Assembly (NCBI GenBank): GCA_051362555.1
Contig: CM120640.1
Span: forward strand, 31,205,967-31,269,966
Source of the DNA: Lingula anatina
Taxonomy: Eukaryota; Animalia; Brachiopoda
Direction: 5' to 3'
Length of the DNA: 64,000 bases
In this document: positions 40,119-51,900 of the stretch, piece after piece
Position numbering within the stretch: position 1 is the first letter of the stretch
How the letters are laid out: every line of letters begins with the position of its first letter
Notes under the pieces: model-generated
What the model was told of the DNA's origin: nothing
The model's input: the letters and a program-made list of their open reading frames with translations, nothing else
The model's database searches: none
Translations under genes and position numbers: made by a program

Positions 40119-40150
<32 letters not shown>

Positions 40151-40574
40151 GGGGAGGGGGGGGGGGGGGCTTGCCAGTTTGCATAACATCCAAGGCGTGT
40201 TACCTAGCTAGAGTTGTGGGGATCTAGACTGATCTGTTATGAATTAAAAAAATAGTTTTTAACAGTTCAAATTTTGTCTTTTTCGTGACAATAATAAATA
40301 GTTATAGTTACAAAAACAATTAGTTCTCGTCCCTTATTAAGAGCGGACACCAAATGAATGAATCATCAGTAAAAAAAATAATTTAACTTCAGAACAAGGG
40401 CACTGCCTCCGGAGCTACGGCTGAAGCATCACAGGTGCTATTTTGGCACACGGTGCTGTTGCAGTGCCTGGAGATTGTAGTAGCTGAGCAAACCTTTATT
40501 CTGCGAGGTGTTGTGAAATACTGCGTCTGTTGAGCCAGAGCGTCAACAACGCAAATTACTGTAAGCAGTGGCAA

Positions 40575-40661
40575 ATAAGTGAGTCATAACGCATGCGCAT
40601 GTAACTTTTAAGTCAGCAAAAGGAACCATTTTGCCAGGACATAAGTTTACAGAGTGTAAGT
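40575..40661 (+). promoter_or_regulatory. Probable promoter and non-coding first exon of the PPxY membrane-protein gene
   Basis: AP-1 site TGAGTCA at 40580-40586, NRF1-like CGCATGCGCA at 40590-40599, and a GTAAGT donor at 40656. Acceptor tttttttcag ends at 41674, 21 nt before the ATG. Confidence 0.45.
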
Positions 40662-40689
40662 TACAACTTTCAATTATTCAGATAACCGT

Positions 40690-41110
40690 GTTACATGTTC
40701 AGATATTATTCCAACGGTTCTTTGATGGTTCTAATTGCCCCATTACTCTTACTTGTCACCATCAATTGTTTCTCATTTTCCTATAGGAGAATATCGGGAT
40801 CAAAGGAAAAGCCTTTGATCTTCTTCCTTTCTAACTGAATGGCAGTCATTTGAAGTAATTTTGTCTGGTCTTTCAGACCTAGTAGTACATGGTGTTTCAC
40901 AAGGAAGTGTACTAGATCCTCTCCAGTTAATATATGCATCCTTGGACATAATAACGATTTTGTCCATGATGTATCTAAACAATAGTTCTTGGTGAAATCA
41001 CAATGACATGCATCTGTGGAATTGACTTCACATATACGCCGATGATAATCAGCTGTATATTCCCTGTAATATCAAGAATCCTGAAATATCCTGAATAATA
41101 TTGGAATTTT
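40690..41110 (+). mobile_element. L2/CR1-group LINE reverse-transcriptase fragment
   Basis: Plus-strand HGVSQGSVLDPL and LHIYADDNQLYI motifs with frameshifts. Confidence 0.7.
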
Positions 41111-41695
41111 CCATTGTCCAGTCCTCATCATTTTGACTTTATTTTCAGCTATGTATTTTCAATGTTCCGCATCTCTCTCTTGTGTAAATAGAACTTAGAA
41201 GACCCTTGGTGAGATAATTGACTTACTTCAAAACATGCCTGTTTTTTTTACTACTTTCTTAAGAGACTCATTAATTTGAAAGTAAGAAGACAACATAATT
41301 GAAGAGCATAACATAAAAACTAAAGTTATAGCAGATGTTATTGGCACACTATATCATATCACAAGAGCATATCATATCCTATCAGTTCATAATAACATAT
41401 ATATTTAATCTGCATATTTAATACTATTTTCAACACAAGTCGTCCGGTGTATGTGACGTACAAGAGCATAATTAAATCGAGGTGCAGTTGACATATTTAA
41501 ATGACTTGTATGTCACATACAGTGGACAACAAATAGTTAACTGATTTATCCCATGGCTGGCGCTTCAAACCATAGGATGAAGGCGCCAAAGCTTTTTAAA
41601 ATACAGGTGAACATGTGAGCCAAATATGAGTTATTATAAATTATTTTTATTTACTATGTCTTTTTTTTTTTCAGAAACGAGAAAAACCACAAAAC

Positions 41696-42755
41696 ATGGG
41701 TTTAATGAAAGGTTTACTGAGTGCTGTTGGAGCAATAGTATTAATAATCATTGGTGTGATTGTTCTGGTATATTGTTTAAGAAAGAGGAGGCAGCGACAA
41801 ATGGACAAAACTGTTGTCACATATCAAAGTAAGTGAACTTTTTGGCAATTCTCTTGTGTTACTTCGAGGTGAGATAGCAAATGGTATGGGGCATAACTCC
41901 TGTCCATCCCTGAAAAAGATCTTTTCACTATGAGCCCCTAATTACAATGTAGTGATGAACAAAGGTATTATTTTGCCATATCAACCATTAATTCTGAACT
42001 AAGGCTTTTAAGAAAAATCACTGGCAGGGATTTGAAGTACTCAGCGGTAACATTAAATTGATGTTGAAACAATGTTTGTGGGGGTGTTCAGGTAAAGAAG
42101 AAGTTTGACAAACCAAATTTTGCAATTTTTACCCTAAAAATCACAATTTTGACATCAATAGTAAAATGACATTTATGTTAATGCAAAGGAATTTAGTCAG
42201 TGAACACTGAATATTCATCTATTATCCAAAATGTACTCAAAGACTTTTACTTGTCATCATCATAATCAAGAAGTTTTTGTCTAACCTTGTCAGTACCCTC
42301 AAGTCTTATAATTTGCAGGCCCACCACCACCAGGACAGCAGCCATACTTTCCACCTCAACCAGGACAACAGCAATATTACCCACCCCAACCGGTACAGCA
42401 GCCATATTATCCTCCTCAGCAACAAATGGCATATGGTCAGGGTCAGGGATATGCTCAGCAACCGCCTCGTAAGTGGCTTGTCAAACATTCAGAGAATTCT
42501 TTTTCATTTCAGAGCACATTGCTTTGAAAAAATGTATTAACAGTTGGCTTGCATTGAAATGAACGTATTTTTTCATTGCCCCACACAGGTGGTGCAATAG
42601 ATAGCAATTAACAATGAAATGCATTTTTCCAATTTTTCTCACTTAAATTTTATATTCAGCTTTCCTTTTCACTACTCTTGTATATCTAAATATGTGAATT
42701 TGTTTCAGCCTATGCTCCACCAGCACAAGGCGGCTATATCCCACCTACTTACTGA
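41696..42755 (+). CDS. Small single-pass membrane protein with a Pro/Gln/Tyr-rich tail and two PPxY motifs (Shisa-like/WBP1/PMEPA1-type architecture). Exons 41696-41828, 42319-42468, 42709-42755; 109 aa.
   Basis: Strong Kozak aaaacATGg. GTAAGT donors and ttgcag/tttcag acceptors, all phase 1. Product: MGLMKGLLSAVGAIVLIIIGVIVLVYCLRKRRQRQMDKTVVTYQSPPPPGQQPYFPPQPGQQQYYPPQPVQQPYYPPQQQMAYGQGQGYAQQPPPYAPPAQGGYIPPTY*. Confidence 0.85.
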
Positions 42756-44586
42756 TAAGTGAAAAGCAGCATATAAAAACAATAATGTCACTGTGTGACA
42801 GGTTTTCCTCAGACGTGTTACAATATGGTGTTAGTGAGAGCGGCATTCTGTACAAAAATGGAGAGATATGTGAAAGATCCAGATTTACGACAAGCACTGC
42901 TATGTATGCAGCTGAATATTTAAACTACCTACTTTTCCCCCCAATTTTTTTTATTCTTTTTAAGGCTTTTTGCAAACATTTAGTAAGAAGTGCAATATAT
43001 TTATATTTAAAACCAAGATGTAAAAATTGTATACATGATTTCCTATATAATATAGTAGAGCATTTTCCATTTATCTGTTAGTGTAGGAAAATAGGGGGAA
43101 GTAATGATTTAAAAGGGGGGGGGGGGTAACAACTTTATTTTGTCAAAGAAAAGTGCCATAAAAGGGATTTTCCTATGATTAACGACAGTTGTGTGGTATT
43201 AAGAGATTATTAGGGAGGGTAACCATCTAGAAGGTCTCCTTGGTCCGATGGCAAGCTCAGATTTGAGAATTGTGCTAATCACCATTTTGGTGGTAAAATG
43301 AAATTTATTATATTTCTTTGTTGTTTACAATGTATTTGTTGGGGAATTTCAAATCTCATGTGAAGAGTTATTATCCATTTAACAAAACTGTGCTGATGAT
43401 TTTCAGAGGTTTAATTTTGTTTTAAATGTACTCAGAAATTAATGTAAAGATTGGATAATACTGTTGCTCAAATGCACTTTGTAAAATAATGGACCAGGCA
43501 CTTTGTCATATCAAATGAAAGCATTTTGTAAATCTACTCCACTTAAAAAGTAGACAAACATACTATATATTTATGCAAAAACAATTCCTTTTGTCAAATT
43601 GATGCATTGTGATGCCATGCTTCAATTAGTAACTGTAACGATATCATGTTATTATGAGTTGCCATGACATTGATTAAAAGACTTCTGGTTATGTAAATTG
43701 TTGTGCCTTAGCTCGTGCAAAACATGTGCATTCAATTATACATGTACGTAATGGGTGTGCTTCTATTATGAGAAATAGATAAAGCCAACATGTATGTTTT
43801 GTGTTAAGGCAAATGTCATTTCTGTAGGCCACCACACATATTTAGCATGGAAGAACTTGATCTGTGGTTAACCCTGAAGTGCAAACAGGGGACCTTGAAA
43901 AACTGACACTGCATTTTAAAATTGTGACATAAAATAGGTGCCCTAAAATGTATATCAGTGAAACTTGATTGAGAGGCCACGATAGTCCCGTAAACTAAAA
44001 GTTATACTTGGCTTATTGGTTATCAGCACCAGATACCCAGTGTAGTGTGTCTGGGCATGAGAGGCCTCTGTAAGGTTGTGGGTATCATCATACAATTATT
44101 TTCTTTGTGTACCATCATCTGTATTTTATGCTTTATTTCTCTACATTTGTCACCATTTTATAAATATTGCATTTTGATACAAATATTAACTCAAGTTTAA
44201 TGTACATGTTGGGTTTGTGACATTTGCACTGTATTTCCAATTTGAAAGATTTTTATATACAGGTACAGCAGTTATATATTAAAAATGTGTTATTGTATAT
44301 TCTGATCACCTGTGTTTGTTCATTTCATTGCTGTAACTGTGATTCTGTCACATTTGTTCACCCTGTAATTGCCAAACTGTAAATTTGTCTTTTATTGACA
44401 AGGTTTTCTATGGCCAATAAGGCAGTTTAACTAAAATACGAAATCAGCTGATCATTTTTATGAAATAAATTGAATTTTTTGCATGTATATTTTGATTTTG
44501 CAATATTAGTGCCAAACTTAATGATTGTTTTACTTAAACATTTTTAGGGAGATTTATGTGATAAAATGGCAAATTTGAGTACCAGA

Positions 44587-44926
44587 CACTAGTGGGCTAG
44601 ATTTGGTCTTAAAGTGCAATTTAAGATAACAAGTGATCTTACACGATCTTAATCATTACAGCAGTAGTCTTAAAATGGACTGAATCTGCTTTTAAGCTCA
44701 AAAATGAACTAACATCTACTTAAGTGGTCAAGCAGTTTCCTCCCCTCACAATGGGGGATACCTCCCATCACAATAGAGGACACCTCTGTTCACAATAGGA
44801 GAATGTGTAAGGGGAGACAACTTAATTGGCTGTTAGACCAGAAATAGTCTTACTTGTGTTTTAAGATCATGTAAGACTATTTGTGAGCTTAAATTGCACT
44901 TTAAGACCAAATCAAGCCCACTAGTG
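44587..44926. mobile_element. Foldback MITE with long TIRs
   Basis: cactagtgggctagatttggtcttaaagtgcaatttaag / cttaaattgcactttaagaccaaatcaagcccactagtg, near-perfect over 39 bp and extending imperfectly inward. Confidence 0.8.
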
Positions 44927-45964
44927 AGAATGAAAATGCTTTCAAATTGGTTTATTAATAAAAAGCTTTTTTTCTTTTTATGGTATTTGCAGTCTTCAGG
45001 TCTTATAAAAAGAATAGCTGTTTATGATCTAGAGCTTTTGGTTTATAATCGCAAAGGCAGAATCGGAGACTCAAACTGCAATTCAAAGATATGAACATAA
45101 AAATAGTGGTTGTGAGCACCACATTTTCTTACCTGTTTGGTATGTCCCATATGTGACAAAGATTGTCAAGAGTGCATTACTTCCATATTAAAAATAGTTG
45201 GGTTGAGAAAAAGAACCCGTATCTTAATAGTGGGACACCTATATGAATGCTGGCCATTTTTTCCTTTGGTATGATGCTTGTGGCCACTTTTTTAAGAACA
45301 ACCCACGTAAGCATAGATTAGTTCATTAACAGGCAGTGAACCCCCCCATCTTAACAGTTTCTGGAAAAAAAACGATTCATAGTTCTAAACTATACCAAAT
45401 GGCAATGTTTTTTTTTTGTTAATCTTAATCCTTAATGAACTCGACTTTTGGTGACAAAGTTAATGACACTCCCAAAGTTAGGTTAAAAACATGGTGACAG
45501 CATTTTGTACAGCTGCACGGGTGGAGTGGAATAATCTGTGTATTCATTTAAAAGAAAAAGAATTGAGCTAAAAATACTTGTTTAAAGATGTTTTATTTAT
45601 ATCATTCTTTGTTCAAAATCTAAACATCCTAAATTATATACTGAAATATTAGATTTTTACTTGAATTATTTTGTCTTGATACCCATTTTTGTAGTCAAAG
45701 TATACAACTTGTTTCCATCTATTAATTGTACATATACTTTGGGAAATTTTGTATAGTCAACTGTACATGTTATTACAAATTTTATATTAATTTATTTATA
45801 AATTATAGAGGCCTAATTACATCTATATGCATTCCACTTTTCTCCAAATAGCAAGTTAACAATATCATCAGTGCTAATTCTGCTCAATTATACCAATGAC
45901 TAGTATTTATTTGTGGTTAGACAGCAACTTGAACAAGAAAAATTGCATAGTTATCATTCTTATT

Positions 45965-48900
45965 TTATTTGCATGCATCCTCACTGAAACAACCTTGAAC
46001 CACCTCCATGTGTTCCTCCTGCCGAGCCACCTTGTCTTTATCGTGGGAATATTTACAATCCTCACCAAGTGTGCACAACCCCTCTTGGTTCTTCTTACAG
46101 GGAAACTTCTTGTAGTCAATCACTTTCACTTCCTACAATGGTGAAAGACACAATTTTACCAACTTAACAAGATAACTGGAATTGAATTACTAAGCTCACT
46201 ACTACAAGCATAAATGTTTATCATCCATAACCTCTTAATGTATTCTACTTAAAAGCTAGCTGGTGGCGTGTCACTCAGTTAAGCAGTTTGCACTCAGCAA
46301 GAGTCCCTGCAGTTGGATTGATCTACATAGACCGATAGGACCTTAATAATATTCATTGAAACTTTCAACTTTTAAGTAGGATTTGCTTCTAACTATTAAA
46401 GTTAATTTCTAGCCTTGAGTCATATTGTATCTTTCCTTGATAATTTATTATCATCATCATAAAAATAACCTATTTCAAAATCAGGGAAATAAATTTTTAT
46501 GATTTTAACATCAGGGAAATCTATTTCATTTCTGGGAAAGAAAGATTTTCTGAACAAAATGGTTATCCATAATTTATGTTGTAAACAGTGAATAGTGCAT
46601 TGTGATGATGCAGAAAGACATAGGTAATGCAGGCCTTGTAAACGGATTACACCGAACAATTATTTAGCACCAACAAAGCAATACCTAACATTCACTCACA
46701 TTGGTAGTGCTGGTTAATTTGTGGGTTAAGTGATTAATATGGATGATTGTGCTAAATGATCTGCAGGTGGTGTTAGTAAATGCTTAATCCATTTATAAGG
46801 CCTGTAATGTCTCTCCACAAAAGTATTCAAGCAAATCAAAATGTGCAAACAAAACATTTGCAACTCGAATATAATGAATGCTTTATTTATTGGGAATTAC
46901 AAGGAAATATTACATAAATCTCTTTTTTCAACTGAGAGAAATGCATACCATAAAACCTTGAAGGTAGAAGTACCTTAATAACGACTACACACACACAGGC
47001 TGCTTTTACCTGCACTCTCCTTCTTTTCCTCTTTCCTTGCAATCTTCGACTTTTCTCTAGGGGGGTTACATCATCCTCATCGTTTTGGGGTTTTGCAATA
47101 GGTTTGGGGCCCCAGTTAGGTTCAGGATTTTGCTGAAAACGAACCAGACCTTCTTTTCTGGACTTAGGGTTGGCTTTGGGATGAAGTTCAAAATTGGCCA
47201 CCAACTGGGGTGCTTTATTTAGAATGGCTTTACCAGCTGATCCCTTTGTAAGTTTGCCATCTTTAGGAGGGTTCTGTTTTGCCCAACACCTCATAATGTC
47301 CTGAAAAGAAAATTAACCAGATAAAAAAGGCAGCAAAGCTCTCAAATGTACAGACAACAAGAAAGAAAATCCAGTCAAGCTGGTTTGCCAATTTGAGCTG
47401 TATTTCAATCATTCTTGCAAGTTACAACATGGGAAGTTTTCCTTTTAGTCTGGATGACTGGTGCTATATTTTGGCCAAATTGCTCAAAATGTGGAAAAAG
47501 CATGAAACTTGGCACAATTGTTCTTTGGTCTATGCTGATCATTTTTAAGGGCAGTGCCCAAAATTTCCAAGCGTTGCTTAGCAACCGATGCTATGGAAGT
47601 GAATTTCCTTAGTAACAAGCTAATTAGACCTTTCTTGTCCAGTTTAAAAAGTTTATAAATGCTAATAACTATGTTTCAGGGCATCAGAACTATCACTAGA
47701 CTATTTTAAGGCAATTAAAACCCAAATTAACCTTAGCCACGATTGCTAGGAAGCATATTACCCTAGCAACAAGCATTTAAAGTTGCGTTAGTCTATTAAG
47801 TAAGGCAAATCTATAATACTAGCTAAGAACTACACTTTTGAGCAAGATGTTCATACTTTTAATCCAGTAAGTTGAACCAATTGTGTGATAACACACATCC
47901 GATCAAATAAATTGCCAGTGCAGAAATTTAAGGCAGCATGTTCAAAATTAGTAACCAGCCATTTCCATGCTTTTATCACCTTACGACTCTTTATAAAACT
48001 TTGCAATAGTTAATAATAATAATAATAGTTAATTCTCCCTTGTATGTGCAAGTAAGATATGGCATCTAACGGCCTTTGGGTGTGAACAGAAACTTTTGAA
48101 CTTTATTGATTAACAAATAGAATTAAAATAGAACCATGCTGAACTGACAAAATACAATGTGAAAAAAACTTTTTAGAAAATATTGAACAAAATGAAAAAT
48201 ATCTTGGAAATCTGGTCTCTGAGAAACCTTTCAATAATAGGAAAGTCAACAGTGGTTAAACCTTTAGTATTTCTCATCTTACGTAGGGCATGTATAAACT
48301 CTCCTACCAGCCCCCCCCCCTCCCTCAATACTTAAAATATGCATATCATATTTAACTTTATCAGGAATGGAAAAAGATACAAAATAAAATGAGCAAGGAT
48401 GGCGTCTGATTACAAAAATGGACGGAAAAAGGTACAGCAAATAAAAATTTTTCCAAGGCCCTAAACTTTACATGGCTTAAGAGACTTCTTTATGAAGAAA
48501 ATAAGAGTAAGTGGAGAGCGTTTTTCTTGGCAAAATGTCAGGAATCGGTAGTAACAAAAGGTGGATTAAAAATACTAAAAGCAACTTCTTATCCCTTTTG
48601 GCAAACATTATTGGTTCTTTGAGTGAAATTCAGGAAAATTTCAATTTAACCCCAGATGAAATCTTATCACAACCATTATGTCAAAACTCAAAAATTGAAA
48701 AAAATTAAAAAACTATTTTCCATAAAAGATGGTGTAAAATGTTTTTGTTTTTTTTACATCAATGATATTATTAATGACATTTGAACTCCCCTCTGTCTAG
48801 AGGAACTCAACAAAAAATCAACCTTAACACTAACTTTCTGGGCTAATTCAGCATGTTAAATACTTGTTGCTAGGGTAATATGCTGCCTAGCAACTGTTGC

Positions 48901-51900
48901 AATGGTTTACTTGGGTTTTTAATGTCTTAAAATAGTATAGTGATAGTTCTGATGGTTTGAAACATTATTAAAAGCCTTTTTAAATCATTTAAACTGAACA
49001 AGAAAGGTCCAATTAGCTTAATTGTTACTAAGGTAAATCACTTCCTTAGCAACGGTTGCTAAGCAATGCTTTGAAATTTTGGGCACTGCCCTTGAAAATG
49101 ATCAGCATAGTCCAAAGAACATTTGTGCCAAGTTTCATGCTTTTTCCACCTTTTGAGCAATTTTTGCACCAGTCATCTAGACTATTTTAGAGCATTTTCA
49201 GTAGCACTGTACAAAATATTTTTTATCAATTTTGATGCAATGTTACATAATAATAAACAGCTTATAATCACCATCAGTTTTAAATTATGCACTACAGATA
49301 ACATAGATATCTAGAAAATGTGGATAAAATATGCCAAAACAAAAAGGGAAGAAAAACAGCATAACTTTTGGAAAAACGATCTGATCAGGCTCATTTTCAA
49401 AATTGAAATGTATTTCAAAAATATTCATCAGTTCTGTAAGTTTGAAGACAATAGGTAAAACTGTTTTCATTTTTTTTATAATGGTGGATAAAATATGCTG
49501 AAAAAAAGAAAAAAAACACAACTTATGAAAAAATGGTCTGATCAGGCCAATTTTCAAACTTAACTTATATTTTATGAATATTCATCAGTTCCCTAAGTTT
49601 GCAGACAAAAGGTAAAATGGTTTTCATTTTATTTGCATAACAGTTGATAAAAAATGCTGCAAAATGCAATTAAAAAAGAAAAAAAACTTTTGAAAGAAAG
49701 GTACGATCAGGCTGATTTTTTAACTTGACCTATATCTTATGAATATTCACCACTTCCTTAAGTTTAAAGACAAAAGGTAAAACAGAGTCAAGTAATTCAT
49801 ATAACAATGAAAGTGCACGAAAAGTGTAACTGAAAAATTCGTCAAAACTCAAAATAGACCTGTGTAAGTTTTAAAAATTCTGATGCCATGCACAGTTGTT
49901 TTCCGCTCAAGCTTACAGGCATCTGTTTAATCAAACCAAGAAACCTTGGGTCAGGAGAGGTTTGCCAATAACAATCTTGATTGCTACTTGAAGATCACAG
50001 AGGCAATAACGCCGCCGGGTATTGTGCCACCTGTTGGAGTAGGCGCATTAGTAAGGACAAAAAAAAAAGGGATACCACCTCCAATGTTGTGCTTGACAAG
50101 CTCTTCAAAATACAGTAAACAAGATTTCTCATTTTGTTTTTGTTGAAAATTACAGTTTAAAACAAAATCATGGTGAAAAGTAAATGGTCAAATCCAGATT
50201 TGTGAAGTGCGGTTCATAACAAAAAGTAGGCCACATGTCAATGTCAAGGTCACAGTTGGATTGCCAGTATATATATATATTCCTATTCAAGTTCGATAGT
50301 AATTATGGGCGTACCTCCATCAGTTTTGGAGATATAAGGGACTGAAAATTTGTAAAGTTCAGTTTGTGGTGAAAAGAAGGTCAAAGGTCAATTTCAGGTC
50401 ACAGTATGATTACCATTAGGTATGCTTAGGTATGTGTACATGCTTAGGTATGTGTAGTTTCTGAAAATCGGCACAAATATAAATGTTTTTGCAAAAAATT
50501 CCCATTTTTATCAAATTTTGGCCCGTTTGACCTTGAAATAAAGGTCAAATCCAGGGGCATATTTAGAATCTCCACATGACTTTCGGTCAGACTTCTATAG
50601 TAATTTTTCCCATAATTCCTTCAGTTTGGGAGATATTTAACATTGAATTTTCAAAAAATTTGACAAGGGTGCGTTTCAAGGAGTGTCATGCCCAGGCGAA
50701 TGTACCGACTGAGACAAAAAAAAAAAAAAAATACAGGGTATTCAAGTTGAGATTATATGTGACCTAAATCCAAGAGATGATGACACAGGTCCTTGTGGTC
50801 TAGGAGGAGAAGTGGCAACTTTTATGCCATGCCATCCTATGGAGCCGGCGGACCTGTGCGAGACAAGTAGGGACTAAAACCATGAGTACTGCCAGCAGAC
50901 ACACTGGTGGTACTAATTAATTTCAGTGTGCACCAACATTCTGTATATGCATTTTTTTATCAATCTTCTCAATAAACAATTGCAGCTACACATCATAGCT
51001 GGACATTGTCAAATGACAATTGAAGTCTCAGACTGATAAGAAAATGAGAGAAACAATAAAAATCTTTCTCTTACCCATATGACCTGACTCGGTGCTTTTG
51101 TTTTCAAGGAACCCTGACATGTATGTGAAAATGTCACATCATACCCAGCATGCAATATGGCCGATCTGAAAAAAATAAAACACGAAATGAAAATATACAA
51201 CAAAATACATTACTTAGTTCTTTACAAGCATGCTCTCAGCAGACTTTTTTAAAGCATAAGTGAGCCATGAGTTGCAAGTTAAAGCTGAAGTTTGCAAAAT
51301 AGAGGAAAAAATCAGTAATTATTTTCTCTATTTCATGTAAAACAGCAGGCAATGTTGTTCTCCATATTGTGTTCCTGTATACTTTGACTGTGCACAGATA
51401 AGAGCACAATGCAGCCTAGTTTTCTACTCTTACAATGATATTCAAAACTTAATACAATTACCGCAATTGCACCAGCGAGGGTGTAACTGTCCGTACCACT
51501 GTACTTAGTCGATCAAGAGTAAAGTGTAATGGTGAATCTTGGAGTTCTTCAGATATAACACTGAGAATACCTGGAAAAATAAACTAGATATACATAACTA
51601 AAACTAAAAGCTTCAATGGCATAAAGACAAAATGAAAGGCATATTATTTTTAAGAGTTCAGGACTTTTGACCTCAAAAAGGGGTACAGCCAGCCTACAAG
51701 AAGTAAATGCTCCAGATCCCAGTGGTTTTCTGACCAACAATCCATACACATTACCTTATCATCATATGCAATCATTTGCAATCAACTGAATTCAACAGTT
51801 CATGTAACACTGGCATTACCCTATATGAGAGAGCCATGAAAATTCAACAAAAACATTTGGGATGAAAAAATCCAAGATATGTAGTTACTCTTTTCACATG

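Larger units (their letters stand above)
47323..49830 (-). mobile_element. Older reverse-oriented copy of the satellite-bearing Helentron family (as at 57219-61957), interrupted by a long-TIR element
   Basis: 3' terminus aaggcagcaaagct.tcaaatgtacagaca at 47327-47356; diverged reverse ~160-bp satellite units at ~49300-49810. Confidence 0.65.

Noticed and set aside
40398-40470. Multi-hairpin GC-rich segment (GGCACTGC...GCAGTGCC) as a tRNA-like or other ncRNA
   Set aside because: No A or B boxes, T-loop or known family motif; the short stems could be chance in a GC-richer promoter region.
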